Of a stretch of 64,000 nt of DNA, positions 12,201 to 24,900 are shown one piece after another. Position 1 is the stretch's first letter. The number at the start of each line of letters is the position of its first letter. Source of the DNA: a virus. Lineage: Duplodnaviria; Caudoviricetes. The stretch lies in the IMG/VR virus record IMGVR_UViG_3300029928_000002, positions 64,001 through 128,000 of that record; one strand, given 5' to 3'. A program made the position numbers and the translations under genes. Below the pieces are notes generated by a model. That model had not been told where the DNA came from. It did no database searches and was given only the letters and a program-made list of their open reading frames with translations.

Positions 12201-15200
12201 ATAATGCTGAAGAGACTCCATCTAATCCAAGCGAACAGGCTTTAAATCTTGGGGAAGAACCTTTATTTGGGGAAGAACAACCTTCAACATCTCCCGATAC
12301 TTCTAAAACAGCTACTATAAGTGATGTTGATTCAGCCCTAACTAGCAAAATAACAGATACGGATACTATAGATAGTTCTACTTATGCAGAAGCTGTTTAG
12401 CGCATTCTCAGCGATGCTTATAGTAGGAATTTAGAGGAAACTGTTAACAGATTAACTTCTATAGGTTCTATACCGGCGGATTTAAAATAGAATTTAGTTA
12501 AGGTTATATCTAAAACTAAAGATTTTATTTTCGGAAGACTCGGTAATCTTAGTTAGGATATGATTCAGATTGGTAATTGGAATCTCATCAATGAAGTTAA
12601 TAGTAAAAATAAAGAGTTTGTAGACAACTTGGATAAGTTGTAGAAAATTGTAGACAACTTATCCTATACTCCAGTAATGGATATTTTAGACAGTTATAAC
12701 TCTGCTATAAATGGAAGTCCTATTAAAATATCAGAAGTATTTGAAAAATTAAAAGCTCTTGAGAGTTAGAGTAGTTCTGATGTATCCCAATTCTTATTAG
12801 ATGATGATTTATCTAAACAGCTGAATCAGGCATCTGTTATACTGGATTAGGTACAATCGATAGTTAGTGGTGCTAGAACTGATGATGCTGCTTTAACTAT
12901 GGTTGATGAGAATACCCTATAGCCTAAAGATAATATTTGGGGTATTAATAAGACCTTAAATGATATAGCTAAAGCTAGTAAAGATGATTCTTGGAAAGAT
13001 CTACCTGCTATTAGTGGATCTGTGGCTGATGCTATATATACTGATATACATTCCATTAAGGTAAGATTGGATTATTATAAAACCCTTTACGGAATAAATA
13101 GAGGATAGAAATTAAATTCTTAGAGTAGAATATCTGTTAATTCATCATATTTAAATTATAAGAGAGTTAAACAACTTTCTGATATAGTTCCAGACGATTG
13201 GGATAAGTCTGATTTAGACACCATATTGCCAACATTAGTTACATTAGAAGCTAATTATAATTCTGGTAATTTAAATCTTGATAAAGATACATAGATTAAA
13301 TTAAAGAAAGAATCCATATAGTTAGAAGATGCTATTTATGAATTTTTCTAGAAGAATAAAGATAAAGATTTCTCAGAACTGTTTAATGAGAAGTCTTATA
13401 AACTTCTTACTGAAAAGTACACCTTGTTAAATGAATCTACTACAGATATTGATAGTAATTCATTTATGGGATGGTTGGCAGCAAAAGCTTCTATTAAAAC
13501 TTCATCCTTCTTAAAAGGATTGTATGGAATTAATGATACTAAAATAGTTCCTCTAGATCCATAGATTTAGGCTATATAGTTAAGTGTAGCAAATATTATT
13601 AATGGAAATACTATAAGTAAGTTTGTTCAGGCTGCTAAAGATGCAACAAGGAAATATATAGATAATTTATCCGTTTCTGAGAGATATGAGTATTTTAAAT
13701 AGTTATATCCTAATAATACTACTGTAGCGGCAATATTATCTACTGAGAGAGGTAAACAATTATTCTATACATTCTCTTCTTTTGCTCCACAGTATTCTAA
13801 TATAACTTTAGTAGAAGGACAGGCAGGAGCAGGAAAATCCTCAGCAGTACTTAAACTTACTTCAGAATTTATATAGAAATATTATCCAGATGCTCTAAAG
13901 AATGCCTGGACAGCAAATACAAGTGAAGATACTGCTACTAAACTTAGAGATAACCTAGGAATTAAGGATGGTAAAGTGTTTAGTAGAGAATCTTTACTAA
14001 AAACCGTATTAACGGATTATACTACTCCAGATATTAATGCTGATGGTACTATAAATACTTCTAAAGATACCAAACCTAGGATAATTTTTGATGATAGTGG
14101 ATTACATCATAATTATACTCTAAATGATAATACTACGGAAGTTCCTAAAGTTATATTTATAGACGAAATAGGTAGATATACTTGGGATGAGGTAGATGCT
14201 TTAAATGATTGGGCTGCTAAAAATAATGTATCTATTATAACTGCAGGAGACTTGCATCAGTCTCAGACTGTTTATGACATAGCTTTAAAAAATATAAATG
14301 GATGGTCTAATTATAAAAATGATATTTAGAATGAAATAGCTAGCAATAATTTAATACATCCTAAATCCAAAACTTTGGTAGATAGTATTAAAACTGATAC
14401 TTCAGCTATTTTGTCTATACAAAGCAATGCTTTCCTACATACTCCAAAATTAGGATCTTCTCTCAGAACTGCAAACAGTCAGCAAGATGCAAATCAACAA
14501 GTTGTTGACAGTGTTCTTGATAACATAGATTCTTATAACAAAGAATTAACTTTACATTATTGGGAATCTGATACAGAACTTCGAGGAACCAAAGTAGTTA
14601 TTGATGATGTCAAGAGTGTTGAGGAATCCTTAATTAAGATGATTGCTAAATTAGGTAAAGATGAAAAGATTGGCTATGTATATAATGATACTAAATCAAA
14701 ATTATACCAATTAATTAATTCCACACCTAAATACAAGGATCATATTGAATTTTATAAAGGTAATTCAGCACAAGGATCTGAAGGAAGATATTGGATAATA
14801 GAACCTAATACCAAAGCATCTGAGTATCCTCTAATGTAGGACATATACACCAGTATTACTAGAGCTTAGGAAGGAAGTGTATTAGTATTTGCACATACTT
14901 ATGGAGGTCCTAATGTAAAACTTATATAGAGTGTACAAGATAAAGAATCACAAGTACTATCGTTCAGTGATTCTGATAAAGCTAGGTACACTAGACGTTA
15001 CTTAGACATAAGTAATGCTGCTTTACAATCTTTCACAGATACTGCTTTACCTAAATATCAAGAAAGAACGAATAATTCTTCAACTAATACTAAATCAACT
15101 TCAACTAAAGCTGGTGGAGTTGGTAATGGTAATGGTACTGGAACAAGTGGTCAAGGAACAACTGGTAATGGTGGAACACAAGGTGGAACACAAGATGGAA

Positions 15201-18200
15201 CACAAGGTGGAAGTACTTCTTCTCAAAACCCTGCTCCTGCCCCTACACCAAAACCAAGTAATCCTAAAGAATATGTTACTTCTATGGCTAATTATAAGGA
15301 TAAATATGGAGTAGATTGGAAAGTTCTTTTAGATGGATTGGCCGAATATACAGCTGAAAAAGCAGCAAATGGGCATATCATTATTTCTTTCCCTAGTCCG
15401 ATGTAGGTTTAGTGGGGAGTTATGATTGGTTCTTTAAATGGATTAGACATAGATCCCGTATCTAAAGAAACAACTGCTATAGGATTACAGCATCCTAAAG
15501 ATGGTAAACCTTATATTCCTTAGGATTCTAATTTTGATGCATTTTTAGCTCAATAGGTATAGAATTTAGGTATTCAACCTACTACTTAGCCAACTCCAGA
15601 ACCAACTCCAGAACCAACTCCAGAACCAGAACCATAGTCACAGCCGTAGCCCGCACCGCAACCTTCTTCTAAACCAAAAAAGAAACGGCCTGTAACTTCT
15701 AAAGTAGAATGGAGTGAATTAGACCCAAATGCTTATACTGTAGATACATCTTCAGAAGATACTAAAATTACATTTAACAATAGTGTAAAAATTTCTAAAG
15801 CATGGTCAAACTAGTATATTAATGGAGGCAATTATTCAAAATTGTATAGTATTTCTATAACTCCAAGTAACTTAGTTAAAGCGACCTTTACAAAAGGCTC
15901 CAAATATACTACTAAATATACAGATGCTACTCTTGGCGATATTTCTAGTTTGGAACCTGAATTACAATCTTTTATAAATAATATATTAAATTCTAAACAA
16001 TATCCTGCAGAATAGGGACTATCTGATGATGATGCTCAAAAGCAGGAATTGCATAAAGCTGATTCTGAAGACAATAATATCTAGGAAATAATTGATTAGG
16101 CAGAAAATTAGTCAGTATCCGGAAATAACAGTGCTGTTCGAGATTTCTTCTTCATGGATTCTAGTAAAACTTTTGAAGTTGGTTGGGTTAAAGATAATTC
16201 TGGAATTTATAAACCATCTTCTTCAAATGAGAAGACATATAATAGAATTGATGGATTCAATGGATTATTTAATGCTAATGGTACTTGGAAGAGTGTATAT
16301 AAATTTAATGATAAAGGAAATGATACTCTACAAAAGAGACAAGAAAAGGCTATTAAATTAATAGGACAGCTACGCCAATTCGCCTTTAATATCAATAATA
16401 AGTAGCAGTTAGTTGAGGTAATAGCTAAAGCTCTTAAATTAGAAAAGAGTAATCCTTATGTTACATTTGCTATAAAATCTGGAGATGTGGTTTCTGTCAA
16501 TGGAGATAGTAATGGACATCATATAGCTTAGAAAAGCAACTTTAACAAATTCGATAAGGATTCTGAGGAAAAAACTCTATACAGCAATAATTCCGAAAAA
16601 GTATATAATCGTAACTTAGTTATGATTATAGGTAATGGTGGATAGGATGTATTAGAAATTCCATTACTTAAATTAAATTCTCCCCAAACTAAAATACAGA
16701 GTTTGGGCGATAATTTTAAGGAATTGTATATCAATACTTTAAACGCCTGTAATGGAGATGAGCGACAGGCTTTAATCAAAATAGCAGCAAATCCTCTTAT
16801 AAGAGACCATTAGGATATAGTAGACTGGATTAAGATATATACTAATACCAACAATGTTAGGACTATATATTATTAGAATGATCCTGACTGGACATTAGGA
16901 AAATTCTCCAATCTTGGGCCTCAGTATAATGCTGACAGAGGACTAGGTTTTTATGATGCTAACTAGAGTTTACAACAAACTAGAGATTTAACACCTTTAG
17001 AATCTATACAACGCCCTGATATAATAGTATCTGACGTACTTTCTTATATTAGTAATAGAGGTAAAACAGATGATGGTGTAACTTTAGTATCAAATCCTGG
17101 ACACTTATTTGTATTATATTCTTCAAATCCTAGCTACAATACTACAGAAAAACTTGTAAATAGGTATGTACAATGGAAAACTTAGAAAGCAAAAGGTGAA
17201 CCTTATATTCCAGATGTTCATATTAAATATATATCTACTCCTAAAGTATCTATCGACAACTATTTGGACAGCATTGTTAATATTACTATTAAAGGGTAGA
17301 AAGGAGTACCTATTTTAGGTAATGACAAAACTTCTTACCTAGTATTGAAGAGTATTTTCTTAGACAAAGGAGGTAATCCAATAAATGATGCTGGAATTAA
17401 AAATTTAATTGAAAAAGGTTGGGGAACTAAGGCTGCAGATAGTGTATATAATTTCCTTCTTACTAAAATATAGGAACTAAACACACTTCCCCTACCGCAG
17501 TTAATGAAGCGACTAAATTAGGTTGAAGACTGGAGTAAACCGAACCTAAATTAGGTTGAAGACTAGAGTAAACCGAACGGACTTCCCGGAGGATTTGGTT
17601 ATTCTGGAAAGAGTTTATCAACTTAGTTTATGTCAGTAATAAGACAGTTAATTGCTCCAGTAACAATAAAGGAAGATAGCTAGGGTAATTTCACAACAAA
17701 ACCTGAAGTCAACACTGATTGTAGAGAATTATTTGTTAACTTATTTAATAAATCAAAGCAACAGCTTTACTTCCAATCTAGACTTTAGAATTCACAAACT
17801 GCCAATGTAGGAAATACCTTATTTAAGAGAGTACAAACTGATCCTAATAATAGGTTTAGAATTAAATATGATGGAGGTATATAGAATTTAAAAACATAGT
17901 TTAATATATATGGGGATTTAGGTTCTAATGCATTTATTACAGACGATTCTTTTGGGGACTGGTTACATACTATTGCTGGTAGAATCGAACGGAGTAAGAA
18001 GGGAATAGAAAGTGATTTTGGAATATATATGGACGGACATTCTAATATTGCAAATTCCAAAAATACTGCTACACCTTCTTGGAATAGTTATTCTTAGAGT
18101 ATATTGAATGTCTTAGACAGCAGCTTTAAAAAAGGAATTGTTCCAGATTCACCTAATAGTTCTCTCACTGATGCTTAGATTTGGTCTATTAAAGAGGAGT

Positions 18201-18934
18201 TACGTAAAGGTAATAAAGATCTACTAATATTTACAAGTGGTAATAAAGCTACTCCTATAGTATTTGATACTGGAGGTCTTAATTTGTAGTTTATTTAGAA
18301 CGGAGAACCTACTTATAGACTACCTATAACTAGTAATGATTCAAACTTCGATGCTATAGATGGTATTACTAAAAAACACTATACAGTATATTTTAATTCA
18401 AGTACTGGTGAAATACGTATAGTAGATCCTTCAAGCATTCAGAAAAACCCTGCTCCACAAACTACTCAGTAGAAACCTTCTTAGAAGAAATCTACTAAAG
18501 AATAGAAGCCATAGCAGCAACCTACTCAAGAATTCAACAAAGAATTTTTATTAAACGATAATACTTTATCGGCATATAAATTATTATTAGAAAATGTATT
18601 AGGTAATGTCGGAGGAAAAGTCAGAAGTTTTAAAGAATTTGTTAGTTCAGCTTCAAATAAGAGTGATATATCTGAATGGAATACTTGGTTATAGGACAAA
18701 GGAGGTATAAGAGCACTTTAGAGGTTTATTATAAATACTTTAACAGTTGCTAAAACCACTAATCCTGGATTAATTACTGAAGAAGATAAAACTACTAAAT
18801 ATAACTTGGATAATGTGTCTCTTGAAGGCGACTACAAGGAAAAAGATAAATCTTTAGCTAAACAAATTCTTTCAAGTATATTGGAATATGAGAACAAAAA
18901 TATATCTTGTTCAATCGGAACTGTTAAACATTAA
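9227..18934 (+). CDS. Giant ejection/RNAP-associated protein, ~3235 aa (TAG=Gln), with hydrophobic N-terminal region and SF1 helicase domain
   Basis: All plausible + fragments from 9251 to 16405 are in one frame and end in TAG. Helicase motifs at ~13810-14870: EGQAGAGKS, IFIDE, AGDLHQ, SAQGSE, YTSITRA. ALGEGTEE..GGALGGG at ~10960-11130. Ends TAA 18932-18934. Confidence 0.85.
15588..15665 (+). repeat. Pro-rich linker repeat (QPTPEPTPEPTPEPEPQSQPQPAPQP)
   Basis: CCAACTCCAGAA x3 plus degenerate copies, in frame within the 9227 gene. Confidence 0.8.
17513..17578 (+). repeat. In-frame 33-nt tandem duplication
   Basis: CTAAATTAGGTTGAAGACT(G/A)GAGTAAACCGAAC x2 with one mismatch (TGG vs TAG). Confidence 0.95.
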
Positions 18935-18939
18935 GTAAT

Positions 18940-21900
18940 ATGAATATATGTAAATATTCACGTGATTCATTCCAAGAGGATTTCGAGAATAATCTCGAAC
19001 CTCTTTGGAGTGATTCTCTTGTAATTAAAGATGCTGCCGGCAATGAGGTAGCCATAACAGATAATATAAGAAGAAATTATATAAATAGATTGATAGATTA
19101 TTTAGGAGGTTCTTACAATATTAAAGGTAATTTTTCAGATGCAGTAGAAGCTATACAAGAATCTATGGAGAATTACCTCGATGAACCTCTCCAACTGCCT
19201 GAAGAAGATATAGAAGCAGCTTTAAATCGTCACAGCATTACTTCAAGAGACTAGTTAAATGAAGATAGTTCTTCAACTAAATTGGAAAAAGATGATGAAA
19301 GAACTGCTTATAAAAATTCATTCAAGAATATTTATCTAACTAAATATTTTGGAAAATGTATTCCTGCATAGAATTACTGTACAAAACAGGCAATTAAAGC
19401 TATTGTAGACAGTTGTATTATTTCTCCAGAATATGATGATTCTGGAAATATTATAGCCAGACATATAGTAGTCGATGACAAATAGTTAAATAGAAATATC
19501 AGAAATATTTAGGAACAGTTATATCAAAACATACTTAAATATTTAAGAACTAGATTTTCTAAGAATATTGAAAAGGTAAACAGTTTACCTCAATCCTTAT
19601 ATTCTCAAGATTAGTCTGTATATACTGGAGGATTTGAGAGATTGAATGAAGAATTTGGAGATGTACTAAATCCAGATTCTTTTAACAGTTCTTATTTGGA
19701 CAATTTGTTTGTAACCTATAGTACAGCAGTTGGCCTTAGTAAATAGATTACTAAAACTGAAATAGATGGATATACCTCATGGGTAATGTTAACTAATTTT
19801 GATTCAGTACTTAGAGGAAATTTGGGAAGTTCTATATTTATAAATAGTACATTACCTGCTTTTAACCCAGAATCTGCTACAGGAAATCTTGATAGAGTTA
19901 AATATTCTCTCACCAAGGCTAAAGCTTCAAACATGAATAAATCATGGAGAACTTCTGAGGATATAGATGTTTCTGACGAGATTAGTAATGTAGTACAAGT
20001 ATTGATAAATAATATTCCATTTAAAGGAAGTGATAGAAATATTAGGTTTAATGAATTTGGATATATTATAGGAAAATTAAAAGACTTATCTTATCATATA
20101 AATCCCACTGCTAATTAGGTAGAATTTAATGATGATTTATATGTGAAAGATATATTAAATGGTGAATATATTAAAATATCTGACAGAACTAGGAATCTAG
20201 TTGAAGGTGACACTTTCTTTAAAATATTAAATAGTATATAGACTTCTGCACAAGAGTATATTCCAGCAATATTTGAAATATTAAGCAATGACGACTTACG
20301 AGGAAAATTAAAAGAATTGATTCAGGCAGATTACCAACTGTCAGACTTTGATGTAAATCTAATTAAGTCACTTTATGATGGATTGTTTAATCCTGATAGT
20401 AAAACCTCATTACTATATGCTAATGATGTAAGTGGTTACGATGCATAGAATTATATGGGTTATATTACTCAGGCTTGTGATGGAATTTCAAATGCTAGAT
20501 ATATTCAATATTTTAGAGACAGTGATGGAAATATTTATGCCCGAAATTTATATGACCAAACATTGGACGGTATCCAATCAGATATTGAAAATAATATATT
20601 AATATCTAATTCTAGGGATATTAAGCCTTTTGATTTTGAACATTTCCACGAATTTTCGGTTGAAACTAAAAAAGATGAAGATGGCAATGAATCGATAGTT
20701 TCTATAAGATTTAGAATTAATGATAATAAAGAGTATATAGTATATCCTAATAATAATAATGAAATAGTTACTAATGATGGAGTACGAACCTCTTTAGACA
20801 AAGCTGACTTTGATGATGTAAAGAATATCGTACAGGAAGTATTACATTAGAATTTTGACACTAATGATGAATATTATAAATCATTATTAATAGCATATAA
20901 TTAGCAGGAAGGAACAGCTTTATAGGACTTGCTTACTCTTTCCGGAAATGCTGTATTAAATCTTTATATATCAAATAAACTATTAATAGATTCTGATAAG
21001 AATCCAATTTATAATACTAGAGAGATACATGATGTTTTAAAGAATATATATGGAGAAATATCTAGAGGTAAACTTACCTCAAAAGCACCTAAGTATAATA
21101 AAAGTTTAGGTTAGATATATCTAACTTCTCAATATGACTATCCAATACTAAGTAAGTTAGCTTTAGCTAAAGCATTATATACTGGTAGAATAACCTCTTC
21201 ACAAGTACGAGATGGTAGTGGTAACGCACTTCCAAGCACTTCACTATCCCGTCTTTTAGGAAATATTCTACAACAATATTATACTAAAGGACTTACTGTG
21301 GATTCTGTTGTGAATAATGTAGCTCTATTCAAACCGGGAGTTTTACAAGGAGTATTTTAGGCTAAAGAGTTTAATAATAAATAGTAGAATACTTCTACAG
21401 CTCATACAGAATTTAATGCTGCTGAAATAGAATAGTCATAGTTATTTTATGATTTCTTACTAGGATTGCAACCCAAAATAAATAGTAGAACTCCTATAGG
21501 TGATGGTAAAATAGGTATATTACCTTCAGTCAATTCGGATAAATCTAATATAGGGAGAATTATTGTAGATTTAAATAGAATACTTATAAATGGTTAGTCC
21601 CTATATAAATGTTTGGTAGACACCTTTGGTAATGTACGTGAAAATGCTGAGGAAGTATTAGATTAGTTTATCTATGATGAACTGGGAAACAATAATGGTG
21701 TATATACAAAAATTATTGCAAATATCAATGCAAAATGGGATAAAACCTAGTAGGCTATAAATGAATATCTTACTCAATTTAATAGTCCTTATAGTAATAT
21801 TGCTGGAGAACGTACAGGCAGTATTATGGATAAATTGAATTAGGTTTATATTAAAAGTGACCGTACTATACAGAAACCCGCTGCTTTTCTTAATGATGTT

Positions 21901-24900
21901 ACTCGTTGGTGGAATAATAAACATCCTAATGATATTATAGAATTGACCGAACATTCTACTTATGAGGTAGATAAATCTTCTGGAATATTATTACAAAATA
22001 TTCTGTTAAATACTATGAAAAGCAGATTGAGCAGCACTACTTCAATACATTCCTTCTTTAACCGGCAGAATGGAAAACTTTTAAGAGATTTATTAAAAGA
22101 TAACTTTGATGGCGGTGGGAAAATATATATAGGACTTGTCGATTTATCAAGTGGTAACAAAATAGTGGTACATAATATAAATGATTTATATTTAAATCTC
22201 AATAAAATTAATACTGCTTTTAAGTCTACTCTAACTACATCTTCATCTTTAGATGACATATTGAATACTTTAGGAGGCAATATTACATTAAATCCTCTTA
22301 TAAGTATATATAATAAATTGAATTATATATTCTCTTAGGAATGGATGATTTCTAATGTAGGTGGGCATTTCAACCACCCTGCTAAAGCTTCTATAGATAC
22401 AACTTTATTTAGAACTGTTCCTCTTTCTGCATCAGAGTTGTCGGAGTTGGACAATCTTACGAAGGTTAATAAATAGAATAATATTCGACTGGCATAGTTA
22501 TATAGACAGTATGGATATGATGATAATGCTTTTAAAGAAGCGGTTATAGATAAAGTACGTAAAGTAAATTCTAAATTTGGAAATACTAGAAAAGCCTTTG
22601 GAGAAGATGCTGTTAATAAATTCTTATAGAAAAGGCATGATGCAGAAATTTTGGATGAAGCTGGTAGATTTAATTCTCAGACAAAACGTAATGTATCATA
22701 CACTGCTGCTATGCATCCTTATCAACTTAAAAGTTTACAAGGAACACCAGATGTTGCTAATGTTGTAGTTATGAAACAACCCTCCACAAAAGTATATACA
22801 GTAAATGGTGACTATACCGATGCGTGTATATCGGATGGTGGTACGTTCATAAATCCTTGGATGGCTTATTGGGAAAATGGTGCACTAGGTTCTGAAAAAG
22901 TGGGTATAAATAAGAAATAGTATATACATTTCTACAAACAGGATACTGGTACTGGTGGTATGGTAAAAACCGCCGGATATGCTATGACTAATGAGCTTAT
23001 GAGGCTGTCTCCATGGTAGCGAAGAATGACTAGAATGATGGCAGATAGAGCTTGGAGAGATGAACAGGGTAATACAATATTTTTAGATGTAACTAAAGAT
23101 TATAATAATAATAAAATTCTGTTACAAAATAATAATGATATTCAAGGTTCTTTCTTTATTAAAGTTGGAGATGATTATTACAAATTCTTACAATTAAACT
23201 ATAAAGGGAAGGGACGTTATACTAGAACTCTTTAGAAAATAGATCTAGAAACTCTAACTGGTAAAGAAACTAAAGAATATGATTTAGAAGGCAAGGTAGT
23301 TACTGACACAAATGCCGGAACAGTAATTGATTCTAATTACAAGTTATGGCAAATGCTTGGAGGATATGAATGTTACGAGCAGAAATCTGGAATGAATAGA
23401 CTAACTCATTCTGAATATAGTATTAAAGCAGTTGCTGATATTGCTAATAGAGTTGGTATAAAAAAAGTTCCTGAGGGAACTACTGTACGCACACAATCTG
23501 ATTTATATCAGGTTATGAAACATTCGGATTTTCATTACGTCTGTGACGAAGGTAGTGTAAAACATGGAGAGGCAGGAGTTGAAGACCTTACACCATATCT
23601 AAACGGAAGTAAGCCTATAGAAGACTTCAAGCCTAACTTTATGCATGTTCCTATGGAACAATCTGGTATTCAGTTGGATAAGGAGCATAATGCAGACTAG
23701 GAATCTTTATCTATATTTACTTAGGTTATTAGTGCTTGTGCGGCTAGAGGATATACAGCAGATAAAGCTCAGAACTTATATAAATCTTTAGCAGCTTTAG
23801 CTTATAATGCTACAAAAGAATATCAAGAAGTTTTTGATTAGTTCTTGGAAAATCCCAATGTGTATAGAGATAGCTTTTAGGAAACTATTGCAAATCTATG
23901 TGCTAAAGCCTTAATGAATGAAAAGAATACTTCTGATGTATTGAATTATGTTGTAAGCAATCTTATTAATTTAGCTAAACAAGGAGAAAGATTTAAATTT
24001 AAGGACAATATTCCATTCAGCGATAATTCTATATATAATAAATTAATATCTACTATAGGCTCTACACTCACTAAATCAGCTATTAAAGTTAAATTGCCTG
24101 GACTGTTAGCAGTGTTGTGTCCAAGTAGTGGAATTGTTAAACTTTATGGAGATAGGTTGCTTAGTTCTTATAAGCCTGGAGAATTAGAAGCTCTACAAGT
24201 AGAAAAGAATAATAACCCTAATTGGACTATTACTGATGGGACGATTACTCCTACACAGTTATCTAGAACATATACTCTTACTGTAAATCCCGGACATGAA
24301 GAAAGCATAAGTAATGTTTTAGGTATTACTCCTAATTCTAATACTATAGACTTTACTTTATATACTCCAGTTGAAAGAGAAAAACTGAAATAGTTAATTG
24401 CTCAAGGAGATATAACTAGTATTGTAGAAAATGTAATGGTGGGTAGAGATTTATCTGCTTATGATGTTTTCTTTAAAGGTACAGATGCTGATGGAAATAC
24501 TTAGCAATATTCTTTATACGATTGTGATGTAATTAAATAGAGATTTGCAGATAAAGAATCTGTAAGTGATGAAAATTTGCAATATTTATTAAATGTGTTA
24601 TCTCCTTCATCCTAGGCATACGATGTTGGAGATAATGCTGTTACAATAAATGGGCATGATATTACAATAGATAGAAGTTCCATACAAGTTAAACCTTATG
24701 AATTAGTAATACCTAAAGTATTTGCTACCAACTTTGGATTAGATTTTGATACTGATTTACACGCAATATTGCAAGATCCACAATACTTTACTAAAAGATT
24801 AGCATCTAAGATAGCGGATACTATTGATGATTCTTATTATAGTGTAGCATTTACAAGTCTTGGAGGAGATCCTGTATATGTATTAGATAGAAATAAAGCC

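Noticed and set aside
17513-17578. CRISPR-like 33-nt repeat
   Set aside because: Two directly abutting copies with no spacer, in frame within a CDS, and no cas genes in the window.
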